A stretch of 64,000 nucleotides of DNA, taken from NCBI RefSeq assembly GCF_001194135.2, contig NC_068995.1, positions 56,875,308 through 56,939,307 of the forward strand. Reading direction: 5' to 3'. Source of the DNA: Octopus bimaculoides (lineage: Eukaryota). Under the pieces are notes generated by a model, which searched no databases, was not told the DNA's origin, and was given only the letters and a program-made list of their open reading frames with translations. The stretch's first letter is position 1. Each line of letters opens with the position of its first letter. The translations under genes were made by a program, and so were the position numbers. Shown here in pieces: positions 40,561 through 52,954 of this stretch.

Positions 40561-42221
40561 TCTTGACAAATCAAAGCCGAGACACAGAGAGCGCACTTGG
40601 CAAACGCCTAATAGCATCATGCAGCCAGCATGGCACACTCACCTTACATTTGTCCAATCTCAGCACGTCCATCACATTCAATGACCAAATGTTGCTATCA
40701 TACAATGTCACACATTGGCAACAGGGGCCACCAGACATATTTTCTGTCTGATGAAAATAAAAGGAGTTAGAGCATAAGGAAAAATCAAGAGGAACCTTAG
40801 ATGAGACGGGATTCAGGTGAGCGTTCTAGGTTAGGATACTACTGATGTACTAAGGTTAATGAGAAAAATTAAAGTAAGTAACTGAAACCTTATTAATATA
40901 CCTGGAAGTTGTTGACTTCAGATACACTACCATACCTTTGATAAGCTACTATGCTCTATAGTCTGGTGGCCAAAACACTGTCAAAGCTGCTTCACTGCTT
41001 GCAGTGACATAGACTCCTGCATTCACAGACAGAGTAGAGAAGCACCCTCAGAATACAAGTGTTTACATCATCATCATCATCATCATCATTGTTACAACCA
41101 CCACCATCACCACCACCATCATCATCATCATCATCAGTTAATGTCCATTTTTCCATGCTGGAATAAATTGAATGGTTTGACTGGAGATGGCAAGCCAGTG
41201 AGCTGCACCAATTGTATGTTTTGGCATTGTTTCTACAGTGGCTGCCCTTCCTAATGCCAACCACTTTACAGAGTGCACCAGGTGCGTTTTCTGCAGCACC
41301 AATGCTTTATACATGGCACCACCAGCACAGGCCCTTTATATGTGGCACCAACCCTGAATGTAAATGTTTGCTGTGTTTCTAATTACCAAAGATATGTACA
41401 ACATATTTTACATCCTTCAGATGTGTTATTCAGAAAAGAGAAGGCAGTTGTATGGCGAGGCTGGAGGAGTGTGTTAGGTAAAAGGATGTGGAAAGAAGTG
41501 TGTATGAAGAGTTGAGAAGACGTCTAGCGAATGTGAGATGCAGAAATGATGTTGCAGTGAAAAGGAAAAAAGAAGATGGACAACTGTAAAATAAATGTGT
41601 TATATGATCAGTTTGTGAGACAAACAAAAGACAAAACGAGAAGGACAGAGGGATTTCAATGAAAGATGGAGAGAGAGAGTGGGGGGGACCATGGTTGTGA
41701 CTGCACAAGAGCAAGCAATTGGAACAAATCTGATTTAAGCCAAAATAGACACAAGCCAGTAAGATAGTTAAGTGTCAGATGTGTGTTAAAGTAGACAAAA
41801 CTATCAGGAATATAAGTGAATGAATAGAGAAGGATGATACAAAAAAGAATAGAAAATGAGACATGATATGACATGATAGGAGGGGAACAAAAAAAAAAGA
41901 AGATACACTGGGAATTTAGTAGGAAATTTAGATTCAAAGTAAATGAAAACGATACCATCACTAGCTAGAATCTGGTATGGATAATGTCTGTTGGAACATC
42001 CTGTGGGATTTTTTTCTGAGCAAACTGACCATGTAATAAAAGCAGAGAGACCAGAGAATAGTGAAAAATACAGAATTTGCAGGATTATTGATTTTGTTAG
42101 ACAGCATTAAGGCAAAAGTCAAAGACATGACTGAATGGCTAAGAACTTTGCTTTGCAATAATTTAGTAATGAGTTCTTTTCCCGCTCTAGAGCATCTTCT
42201 GCAAAGTGTGTTCTTCAACAG

Positions 42222-42475
42222 CAGGGGTTCTCAACCATTTTTCACCTCTGGACCCCTTGGATTTTTATTTTATTCAGGTGGACCCTCGTAGCCCTTTGAT
42301 GTTTAAAAAATCCCGTTACACTTTTGTAGTTGAATATTAACTGGAATTGTAGAAAAAACTTGTGAAAATATTTTGTGCATTGTAGAAGTATAACCAAATT
42401 ATTGCAGATAAATTCTAACAATGGAATCTCATGTGAACCCGCAGGCGTCATAAGGACCTTGTTTCAGAAGCAATC
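42222..42475 (+). mobile_element. hAT-type MITE, decayed right end
   Basis: Left terminus CAGGGGTTCTCAACCATTTTT...GGACCCC typical of hAT non-autonomous elements; the right TIR is only weakly visible. Confidence 0.5.
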
Positions 42476-43479
42476 TTCCACAGCTTTAGGTTAACCAAAA
42501 CATTGTGAACAAAATTTTGTAGATGGAAACTGTTAAAGCTGACTGAAAAGAGTGTTTCAGTCATTGTACAACAGACTTGATTTGCCACCAAGTTTAATGC
42601 CACAATCTGGCCCCTAGTGGAATCTTTTTTTGTTGTAAGCAATCAAACCAGGTCTGCACTTAGGGGACAGCTTCTTCCTTTACTCCTAACAATCTCAAAG
42701 GTCCTGATAATTATCATAGGTGCTGCTCTTCCTCATCGTAGAGAATAACCCTTTCAATATCTCTCTCTGCCTATAATTGCTTCTGAATTTTTGAAGCAAA
42801 CCTCTTGTTTTAAAGCGATCTAAATTAAAATCTTCCATCAGAATTCCATGTTAATGTTGCAAAGACAGCTTAATAATGACAAAGATATTTTATTGAATTT
42901 TTCATTATTTTCAAAATTAATTGAAATGAAGGCAGTATTCTTCAACAGAAATATGGTGACATGATTAAAATGATTTAAAAAAAGCTGGGGGTGGGGAAAC
43001 AACCAAGAATGATTGGAAACTATTTGTACTTGGTTAGGGACATGAGAAATCTCTAGAATATGAAGATGGAAGCCATCCCTGCTAGAACAAAAGCAAGACT
43101 GTTGTTCAAAAGATTGAGTGACAACTTGGGTAACTGCATTAGCAATTATTCCACTCAGAGAAAACCTTTAAATGGTTGCTACTGTGTTTTCTGGGATATA
43201 AGTTGAAGTAGTGTCGCGTGTAAACATTCAAGTATCATCACTATTTTCCCAAATTCTGCTACTTTCCACCTGAAATTCTTGGACCTTCAAAGTTGTCTTT
43301 GTGTATAAGTAGACTTAACTTTTAGGCTGGTAGGGCAACATATCCAACCAGAAGGTTTGTCCTTCACATAACAGCACAATGCCACCAGGATCTTGACTGC
43401 CATTATCAGCTTTTTGCAACATTTCAGAAGTTTCGGAGACAGTTATGGTAAACCATCTGTGAACATGAATGAAATGGTC

Positions 43480-43743
43480 AAAGAACAAGAGTGAAATAAG
43501 AAACTTCCAGGATTTGGCTCAAGAAAATACAATGACTGAGGATGGTTTCTACAAGAAAAAACAAACACGAAAAGGAATCACAGTTGTTATAGGTTACTAC
43601 TAGGTACCATCACCAACAAACTTAACAGTTTCTTTATAGAAATTGGGCCAACTACCAGGGTTGCAGTCATTCAGAAATCTGCTCTATTAGGAAGAGCAAG
43701 GATTGTAAGAAAGGTCCCTGATATCTCAAAAAACTGGTTGTGA
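43480..43743 (+). mobile_element. R4/Dong-type non-LTR retrotransposon 3' remnant (restriction-like endonuclease C-terminus)
   Basis: Frameshifted KEQE...FQDLAQE...VVIG..GTITNKLNSFFIEIGPTTRVAVIQKSALLGRARIVRKVPDI matches KEQEKIEKYQDLA...PVVIGALG...IQKxALLGTARILRKVL; followed by (AAT)n(CAA)n at 43780-43814. Confidence 0.75.
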
Positions 43744-43814
43744 CCCAGAATCAAAAGTAAGACATTTGTGCACACCATGAATAATAATAATAACAACAAC
43801 AACAACAACAACAA

Positions 43815-44035
43815 TCCTTTCTACTATAGACACAAGGCCTGACATTTGTGGGGGAGGAGGAGGAGGCCAATCGATTAGATTGACCCCGGTACACAAATGG
43901 TATTTAATTTATCAACCCCAAAAGGGTGAAAGGCAAAGTCGACCTTGGCAGAATTTGAACACAGAACATAAAGATAGATGAAATGCCACTAAGCATTTTG
44001 CCTGGTGTGCTAATGATTCAGCCAGCTTGCTACCT
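43815..44035 (-). mobile_element. SINE family C copy, inverted (mosaic)
   Basis: Same family as 18637-18822 and 60981-61095. Confidence 0.8.
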
Positions 44036-45724
44036 TAATAATAATAATAAGAAGAAGAAGAAGAAAGTAACAGAATGTTCAACAAGATGAACATTTGCAT
44101 CAGTCTTATTAACAAACCAAAAACCAACCGATTCTAATGGTAGTGCCAACAACATGAGAAACCTCATCACCAATGAACCCCAAGAATATCTCAAAGACAA
44201 TGACACCATGTAGAATTAAATGTAACAAGCTACAAACATGATACACACACACACACACACACACACCATTAGATTTTTTTAATAGTGTCTGGCCATTAAA
44301 GCTGTAACCAATAGAACAGGTCTCTTAACTGGCCACTAAAAAAACAAAAAAAAAAGAGGAGGAGGAAAATAAAAAGAAAAAGAAAAGAAATGCAAACCTC
44401 TGATCAAATAGTTGAGGATCTCAGGGGAAATTCAAAACAATTAAAGCACAGAATGAGTTCTTTAAGGATTAACCAAATTGCAAAACAAAGAAAAAAAAAA
44501 TGGACCAGAGGCTTTTTGTGTTTTTAGTTTTAATTTATTTATTTTATTCTAAATTTCATTTGTTGCTTTGTTTTGTTTGTTTTATTTTAATGTATTTGAT
44601 TATTTTATTTTTGAATGTATTGTGTGTTTTGTATGTGTTTTTGTGTGTGTGTGAGTTTGTGATGTACGTATGAAAATGTATTGTGTGTGTGTTTGTGTAT
44701 GTGTGTAAGCATGAGAACGTACTGTGTATGTTTGAATGTGTGTGTGTGTGTTTGTATCCACATATGAGAATGGATTGTGTTTGTGTGTGTGTGTACAATA
44801 GCTATTTTAATTAAGAGAAGACAGGAAAGGAATTCCTTTTCATCCTCCTCCTTAGCAAATCTCGGAAGTGGTAACTTCCTTATATGTTTCCTGTCAGCAT
44901 TTGAGGACAAAATCTTGGAGCTCCAAATTAGGAACTGCCAAAGTCCAAGGTACCAACAAGACTAGGGAACTCTTTCTTAATGGTCATCACCAATTTCTGT
45001 TTTACGTCTACTATTTTTATTGTATCATTTTATTTTTAAAATTTTCCATTTTTGTTGTGGTGGTGGGGAGGGGGATGCATTGAAACATGTTCAAACCATC
45101 ACTCATTTTGTCCATCTCTCACTCACACACCAATATATACATGCACACACATATACGTGCTAAAACAAAGCCTCACATACACATTGCTAATACACAACAA
45201 TAAAAACAAGCACGCCCATATACATGTCCTAAAACACATACACATGTATACGGATATGGTAAGAACATATAAAATGTGTTAATACACACATATACACCCT
45301 CACATATGCTAAAACTCAGGCACACCCACACACAAACATTCTAAAACATACATTCATACATGCAGATACTTACAAGGCTATGTGTATGTGTATACGTACA
45401 TTTACCTCACTCCGAATACACACACGTACATAAAAAGCAACTGTGTTGGTTCTACAAGACAAAAAACCCTATACCAGTGCCACATATGAGGCACTCATGC
45501 TGGTGCCTTGTAATAGCAGTGGTGCCGGTGCCATGTAAAAACCACCCAGTCCAGACTGTGAAGTGGTGGGCATCAGGAAGGGCATTCATCAACAGAAAGA
45601 ATGTTAAAACAGAAAACCGGGGCCTGGTGTAGCTTTCCAGGTGGGCAGCTCCAGTCAAACTGTCCAACCCAGCCAGCATGGAAAATGGATGTGAAATGAT
45701 GATGGTGATGATTTTAAAGGTTGG

Positions 45725-45771
<47 letters not shown>

Positions 45772-45959
45772 NNNNNNNNNNNNNNNNNNNNNNNNNNNNN
45801 NNNNNNNNNNNNNNNNNNNNNNNNNNNNNNNNNNNNNNNNNNNNNNNNNNNNNNNNNNNNNNNNNNNNNNNNNNNNNNNNNNNNNNNNNNNNNNNNNNNN
45901 NNNNNNNNNNNNNNNNNNNNNNNNNNNNNNNNNNNNNNNNNNNNNNNNNNNNNNNNNNN

Positions 45960-46010
<51 letters not shown>

Positions 46011-47108
46011 CCAAGCCCTACACACACATACATATGTGTAATTGTGGCTAAAAAATTTGTATTTAGGGCCATAGTGCATACATTGTCACCATTCCTGCTG
46101 GTGCATATCTGCTTTCATATGCACATGTATGAATTATGCACACAAGATGCAAATACACATTACTTAATATGAATATATTAGAATATGTATATGTTAATAA
46201 CCACCACTGCCGCCGCCACCACCACTACTACTATTTCTTCAGTATTGTTCTTATCTGTTGTGTTAAATATATCACCATCATTGTCAACACCACCATCACT
46301 ACATTATTTTTATAATCAGTGGTGGTGGTGATGATGATGATAATAATGATAAGCAACAACGGCCAACAACAGGAACTCTATTAATGCCAGCCATTCTCTA
46401 TGTCAGTCTCTCCAGAACATTGGTCATCTGGAATCCTTTGCAAGCTTGTGTCTTTCCTGCAAGTGTTATCTTGCAACAACTTAAATGAAATATTAATGGC
46501 ACCAAGCTCACCAATAATGGAAAGTGGACAAAGGTCCATCTACGAAGTCCACTTGCAAGGTTTCGGTCAACCTGAGCCTATAGTAAAAGACACTTGCCTC
46601 AGGTACTGTGCAGTGGGGCTGAACTCAAGATCACATGGTTGGGAGGCAAGCTTCTTAACTACACTCCCCACCACCACCACCACCACCACCACCAAAAACA
46701 AGGGGCCAGAACAGTGGAATGACAAAATTAATAGAGGGTAGGATAAGATGCCCTAAAGTCTGTTCCATGTGTTTGTATTTTAAGCTAAAATCCTTTAGAA
46801 GCCAATGTCCAGGATTAATCCCTTGACCAAAGGATTACCATGACCAGCCTGCAACTAGTTAGCATGCACAATGCAGACAGGCAATGGTATGTTGAGGCTT
46901 TCATCCAGAAATGAATGGATCAAAAACAGCCAAGTGGATGGCATGGTAAAGCCTGGAAGTAAACAGACAGCTTTGTAAGACTGCCATGTTTGGAATGCCT
47001 TTCAGCTATCGTATATATACTTTGCTCCCTTGAGTTGATCCAGAGCTAAACAATGACTACTACTACCATGACTACTACTACTACTACTACTACTACCATC
47101 ACCACCAT

Positions 47109-47150
<42 letters not shown>

Positions 47151-47244
47151 AACTACATAAACTAATGCCGACACAAAACTGAAGTCACCAACTTTTGACA
47201 CAAAGTATTTCTAGCTTCCTTCCTCTCTTCATTTCTCTTCAAGA

Positions 47245-47620
47245 CTTTATTTATCGGGAACGAAAACCCAAACCGAAACCACACGAAGCAATCAGAGAAG
47301 GGTTCACACACTAAAATCTGCTGACCATTGGCTAAAAACAGCTGTTCATGTTACATAGACTGCAGTGGTCATTTAATTCGCGTTGATAATTACCTTGTTT
47401 AAATCAAGACCATAAAGTGTTTGGACAGAGGAGTTTGTGATTATCTTCTTAGCTGCCAGGCGAATAGCGATTGGCAGGGCGAGGGGGAGGGGAGAAAGGA
47501 AAGCAGAGGAGTGAGACAATGGACAGCGCTAGATTTGTAACTGTTCAGCTTGTCAAAGACCTCGGGTGAAGAAGTTACCATTATTGTTCTGTAATAAGCA
47601 ACCTCTCTACTTTCCCAAGG
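47245..47620. promoter_or_regulatory. Unique CpG-retaining segment, possible promoter or conserved non-coding element
   Basis: Two ATTGG (inverted CCAAT) motifs, CAGCTG, TTAATT, GATAA, CCATAAA, a GC-rich purine tract, and splice-donor-like sites on both strands. Confidence 0.3.
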
Positions 47621-49252
47621 TAAAAAAAAGAGGGGGAAATAAAAGAAGAGAAACAAGCGAAGAAATATATATGGAGAGGTCTGTACATTATGTACCGCAA
47701 GCTAATGTAATAGTGAAGTAGTAGTAGTAGTAGTAGTAGCAGCAGCAGCTGCAGCAGTAGTAGTAGTAGTTGCAGTTTTGGAGTGATATTGGTTATATTT
47801 GACGGCACGATGGATACAGTGGTAGATGGAATGCCAGCCTGATAGAATGATGGAGGCGGTGGTAGATATGATACATGGTAAGGTGGGGGGGGGGTTATGG
47901 TGGAGGTGGTGGCAGGTAGTATGACATGTGGTAGTAGATGGTATGATGGAGGACATGGTGGAAGATGGTATGACAGAGGTGGAGGATGGTATGACAGAGG
48001 TAGTAACAGATGATAGACCAAATCTCAGAATGCAGAATGTAAAGGGATATAATGAAACAGCATTAGACATTTCTTTCAATGTTCTGTTAATTCTGCCATA
48101 CAGAATATTAGAATAGAAAACAGAGAGAATGTGGTAAACATATCAGAATGGTATTCAAGTGGCAAAAGTGATTTTGTGTAACATGCAGCAACATTTCACG
48201 TGTTTAATTAATGTGGAACGTGTGACTAACCAACAACAATATTTCATCCAGGACAATAGGATGTGTGTGTAAAATAGATGTAACCATCAGTTACACTCCT
48301 TTCACAACTGTTGAGTTGTTGGTGTCAAGGACATTCAGCTGTAGAAACCCTTCCAAAGCAGACACACAACCTGGCACCGCCCCCTGCTTCATTTGTTCTT
48401 GTTGAACTCTCCAACCCATGCCAGCATGAAAAAAGGGACATTCAGTGATACTGAGGATGATACATACATGTGTGTATGTTTATGTATATATATATATATA
48501 TATATCACTAATCCATCTGATCACCCACTTACCTATCATTCATACCATGTCACTGTTGGTTTTGCATTTATTACTCATGTTTCAAGCACTTGAACCAAAA
48601 GTCTTCAACTCTCAATTGCATTGCTTCCAATGTAACGAGAGAAGCTACAGGATCTGTCTGACTCTTTTTCCAAGACTCCACTTGAGTCTCTCTTATCCTT
48701 TCACCCTTAATTTCTCAGAATCTTCAGGTATATATTTAAAGAATTTCAACAGATCTGCATGTAGTCTATATATTCTGCTTAAACTACTCCCTGGTCAATT
48801 AGCATCAGCATCCATCATTCAGTTATCAATCAAGCTCTCATCTCAGTCATCTCTAGTGCTGTTGTCACAACAAATTGCCTGAAGTAGATTGTAAAAGAGT
48901 TGGTATTAAGAAGGACATCCAGCCATAGAAACCATGCCAAACATGAAATTTAGGAGGGGGACATTGTTGCCCAACCCATTCAACCCACATCTGCATGGAA
49001 AGCAGACATACAATAGTCTAATGATGATGAAACAGACGCATGCACACAAACATGCACATATGCATGTGCATGCATATGTAAATAAATGTATGCATGTCTA
49101 CAAATACATCATAAACACGCACACACACACACAAATACATATATGTCTGAAATAAATATATATGCAAATATATATATATATATATGCACAATTTATATGT
49201 ATATTATATACGTATGCATGCACATGCACTCACACATGCATACATGATATAC

Positions 49253-49320
<68 letters not shown>

Positions 49321-49760
49321 AATATACATACATAAGTTGGAAGTCAAAAATAATGTCAACAAAAAGCAAAATCAAACAAAAAAAATTAATGAAACCATAT
49401 AAATAGATCTCAATCATCATCAGCAGCATCACCAAACATCATTTGAAAATGAAACAATAAAAAAAAAACAAAAGTAAATAACAAAGGAATCAAATCCAAA
49501 ACTTAATAAAAAAAACAAAGAATGCAAAACTAATAAACAAATAAATAGAAATTAGCATAATCTGAAGTTGACAGATTAAGAACTGAAACAGTTAAAATAG
49601 AACAAAGAAGAAAAAGAGGAAAGAGAGAGCGGGGGGTGAGGGATGGGGAAAAAAAGGAGAAATAAAAAGAAATTATACAAAAAAAAAATTAAATGCTGCT
49701 AAGAAATAATAATAATAATAATAATCATCATCATCATGAATAATAATAATAATAATAATA

Positions 49761-49807
<47 letters not shown>

Positions 49808-50336
49808 AATAATGATAATAATTCAGTGAATAAAAATAGAAAGATTTAAAGAATTAAAATTCAAAATATTGAACTTGTTGAAAATTGTTTCATAGCCTAC
49901 AGCTAGGAAGAGAGGCAATAACATCATCCTGAAACCACAACAACACCAGCACCAGCACCACCACCAACAACAACAGCAATAACAGCAGCAGCAGCAGCTA
50001 CTGTTACTATAAATCAAGTGATGATGATGATGATGAAGATGATAAGAAGAAATTGATGATGATGATGTCAAGAAGAAGAAGAAGAAGATTAATAACAATG
50101 ACGATGATGCTGGCAATGAATATAATGAGGATTTCTAAGAATAATGATGATGATGATGATGATAATAATTGGAAAAAAAAAAGGAAATTAATAGTAAGAA
50201 CACAATCAGGACATTAACACATCAGTTGAGCCTGAAAGGGTATCCTCACCCACCAAGTACTCCCCACCCTTTTAAGATTTGCTGCTGATATTGGTGGTGG
50301 TGGTGGTGGTGGTCTCATAGCAGCAGAAGCCATAAC

Positions 50337-50375
<39 letters not shown>

Positions 50376-50513
50376 ACAGAGAGAGAGAGGCGATAACCAC
50401 AAAATTCTGATGACAACCCTGACATTTTGGCAATCTTCCTTTCAAAGATAGGCAGAATGGCTGGTCATGTTTTGTGGTTTTTCTCTCAGACTTTATACAC
50501 ATACATAAACATT

Positions 50514-50586
<73 letters not shown>

Positions 50587-50699
50587 CATATATATATACA
50601 TATATATACAGAGAGAGAGATACATAGATAGAGAGAGATGGGGGAGATGGATATACAAATACACACACACACACACACACATATCAGACATCCCTATAT

Positions 50700-51860
50700 A
50701 GATGTTACTGAAATCCATATTCTCGTCATAATCACCTTCACTATAATCTTCTTCTGCCTCTTTTTCCTACTCTCGTCCTCATCCTCAGAAATCTCCCTCA
50801 CCACCTCCCACTGTTATTCCTGCCCCCACCGCTTCCAACATCATTAGCATCATCATACCAATATCTTGGAAACAATTCTAATGACATCCCCACCCCCAGC
50901 ATCACCCAGTTCCTCACAATCAACCATCACTGATGTTTCTACAATAAAAGCTTCCTTACTGCTATCAAACTATTGTCACCATTATCATCAATATCGTTAA
51001 TATTATTAGCACTTCCACCATGACCACCACCACCACCATGACTGTCACGTCATAAACTTTACTCGGCTAACAATGGAGTCTCAATGCAGTTGCTTGACTA
51101 ACTAGAAACAGCAGTGCTAAATCTCCTGCCCCCCCCCCCATTTTGTGTCCAATAAAGAACCAAAGACAGCAGGAATGGTCAGGCTTGCAATGGTGCTGAT
51201 CACAGGTCTTTCAAACCAGGAAGCTGACCTGGGGCTAAACAATATCACCAACTTTGTCATCATCCTGATCATTATCATCATCATCATCATTGCCATCAAC
51301 ATCATCATCGTCATCATCATCGTCATCGTCATCATCGACCTTGGCCCCTTTTATTCTTTCCTTATCCTTATTCTCATCAAAATTACCATAACCATTATCA
51401 CTGCCCTATACATGGAACCTTACAATCCAATATCATAATCCAAACCCCTCACCCCCACCACTAACTCCCATGTCCCCATCCCCTCCCATACCCGCCCCTT
51501 TCCCCACATTATTGCAATTACCAATGTCATTATCATCTTCATTGAAAGAGGAAAAACAAAACAACAAAAAGAAAAAAGAAATCACAAACATTACCACCAC
51601 CGGCACCACCATCACTAATACTACTACTCTCACCACCACCACTCACTATGACCTTTATCACCTCAACACTGCTACTTGTGTTGTAACTCCCACCACTACC
51701 ACTTCAACCATCTCCACTAACACCACCACCACCACCACCACCATCTTCGATAGTACTATTACTACTACCATCATCACAGCCATCACTATCAACAACACTA
51801 TCACCATCATCACTTCCACCATCACCACCACCAACAACAACAACCAAGGATTTCCCCCCC
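50700..51860. repeat. (ACC)n/(ATC)n low-complexity block
   Basis: Direct reading; source of the poly-T, poly-I and poly-V ORFs. Confidence 0.85.
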
Positions 51861-51986
51861 CCCCCAACTACCTGATTGCTTAGCATGCCACAAATAGCAG
51901 CCACATTTCCCTCACATCACAAACCCCACTAATGATTATTATTTTAAACAGAATGTATGCCATACATTATGTATATACACACACAC

Positions 51987-52028
<42 letters not shown>

Positions 52029-52421
52029 GGAGAGAGAGAGAGATCATCATCGTTTGATGTCCGCTTTCCATGCTAGCATGGATTGGATGGTTTGACTGAG
52101 GACTAGCAAACCAAACTGTGCATTAAGGGTATGCACGTTTATGGAGTACTCAGCCACTTGCGAGTTAATTTCACTAGCAGGCTGTTTTGTTGATTGGATC
52201 AACTAAAACACTCGTTGCTGTAACCAATGGCATGTCAGATAATTAAATTATATATTACATACTTTATTGTGTTTTGCTATGGGCGTAGCCCTCCCTGGTC
52301 CATGGAATTCTCTTCCATGAACCCAGTCTGCAGTGCAAAAAGAAATTGGTTGGGCACTGCAACTCTACAACACATTGTATTTGTCCTTTTCATTGTTCCA
52401 GTACCACATTGATTTATCATT

Positions 52422-52580
52422 AGGTGCACGCTTGGCTCTGTGGTTAAGAAGTTTACTTCCCAACCATGTGGATTCAGGTTCAGTCCCGCAGTGTGGCATT
52501 TTGGTTGGTTGTTTTCTCGTATAGTCCAAGCTGACCAATGCCTTCCGAGTGGACTTGGTTGGTAGACAGACACTGAAACA
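52422..52580 (+). mobile_element. SINE family A 5' half
   Basis: TGTGGTTAAGAAGTTTACTTCCCAACC...GGTTCAGTCCC. Confidence 0.75.
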
Positions 52581-52590
52581 TTTCCATTGT

Positions 52591-52623
<33 letters not shown>

Positions 52624-52633
52624 AGATCATCAT

Positions 52634-52858
52634 TTAACCTTTTTGCACTCAGATTATTCTATCAAATGTAATCCTTATTTATTTGCATTGTTTCGAATTA
52701 ATCCTGGATTATCCTGTAGCTTTGAGATTTCAATGATGTGATTGGTTACATTCAGAATAACATTAAGGCAGAGGTGTGAGAAGCAAGATCTTGCCAATTC
52801 CAACATAAAACAGGCAGAATATTTGAGCCAGATATTGCTTTAAATGCTAAAGGGTTAA
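52634..52858. mobile_element. piggyBac-type MITE
   Basis: TTAA|CCTTTTTGCACT ... AATGCTAAAGGG|TTAA: TTAA target duplication with imperfect CCCTTTAGCATT-type TIRs. Confidence 0.7.
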
Positions 52859-52875
52859 ATACACACACACATAGA

Positions 52876-52954
52876 GGTGCTGTGAAGTGGGACTGAACCT
52901 GTAATCTTTTGGTTACAGAACAAGCTTCTTGACCACACGGCCATGCCTGCACCT
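52876..52954 (-). mobile_element. SINE family A head, inverted
   Basis: GTGGGACTGAACC...TTGACCACACGGCCATGCCTGCACC. Confidence 0.7.

Noticed and set aside
40765-40817. Exon candidate ELEHKEKSRGTLDETGF with CAG|GTGAGC donor
   Set aside because: The only usable acceptor lacks a pyrimidine tract.
42700-42870. ILMEDFNLD as a LINE APE endonuclease motif; also weak RT-like words at 48540-48880
   Set aside because: Single short motifs without supporting neighbours.
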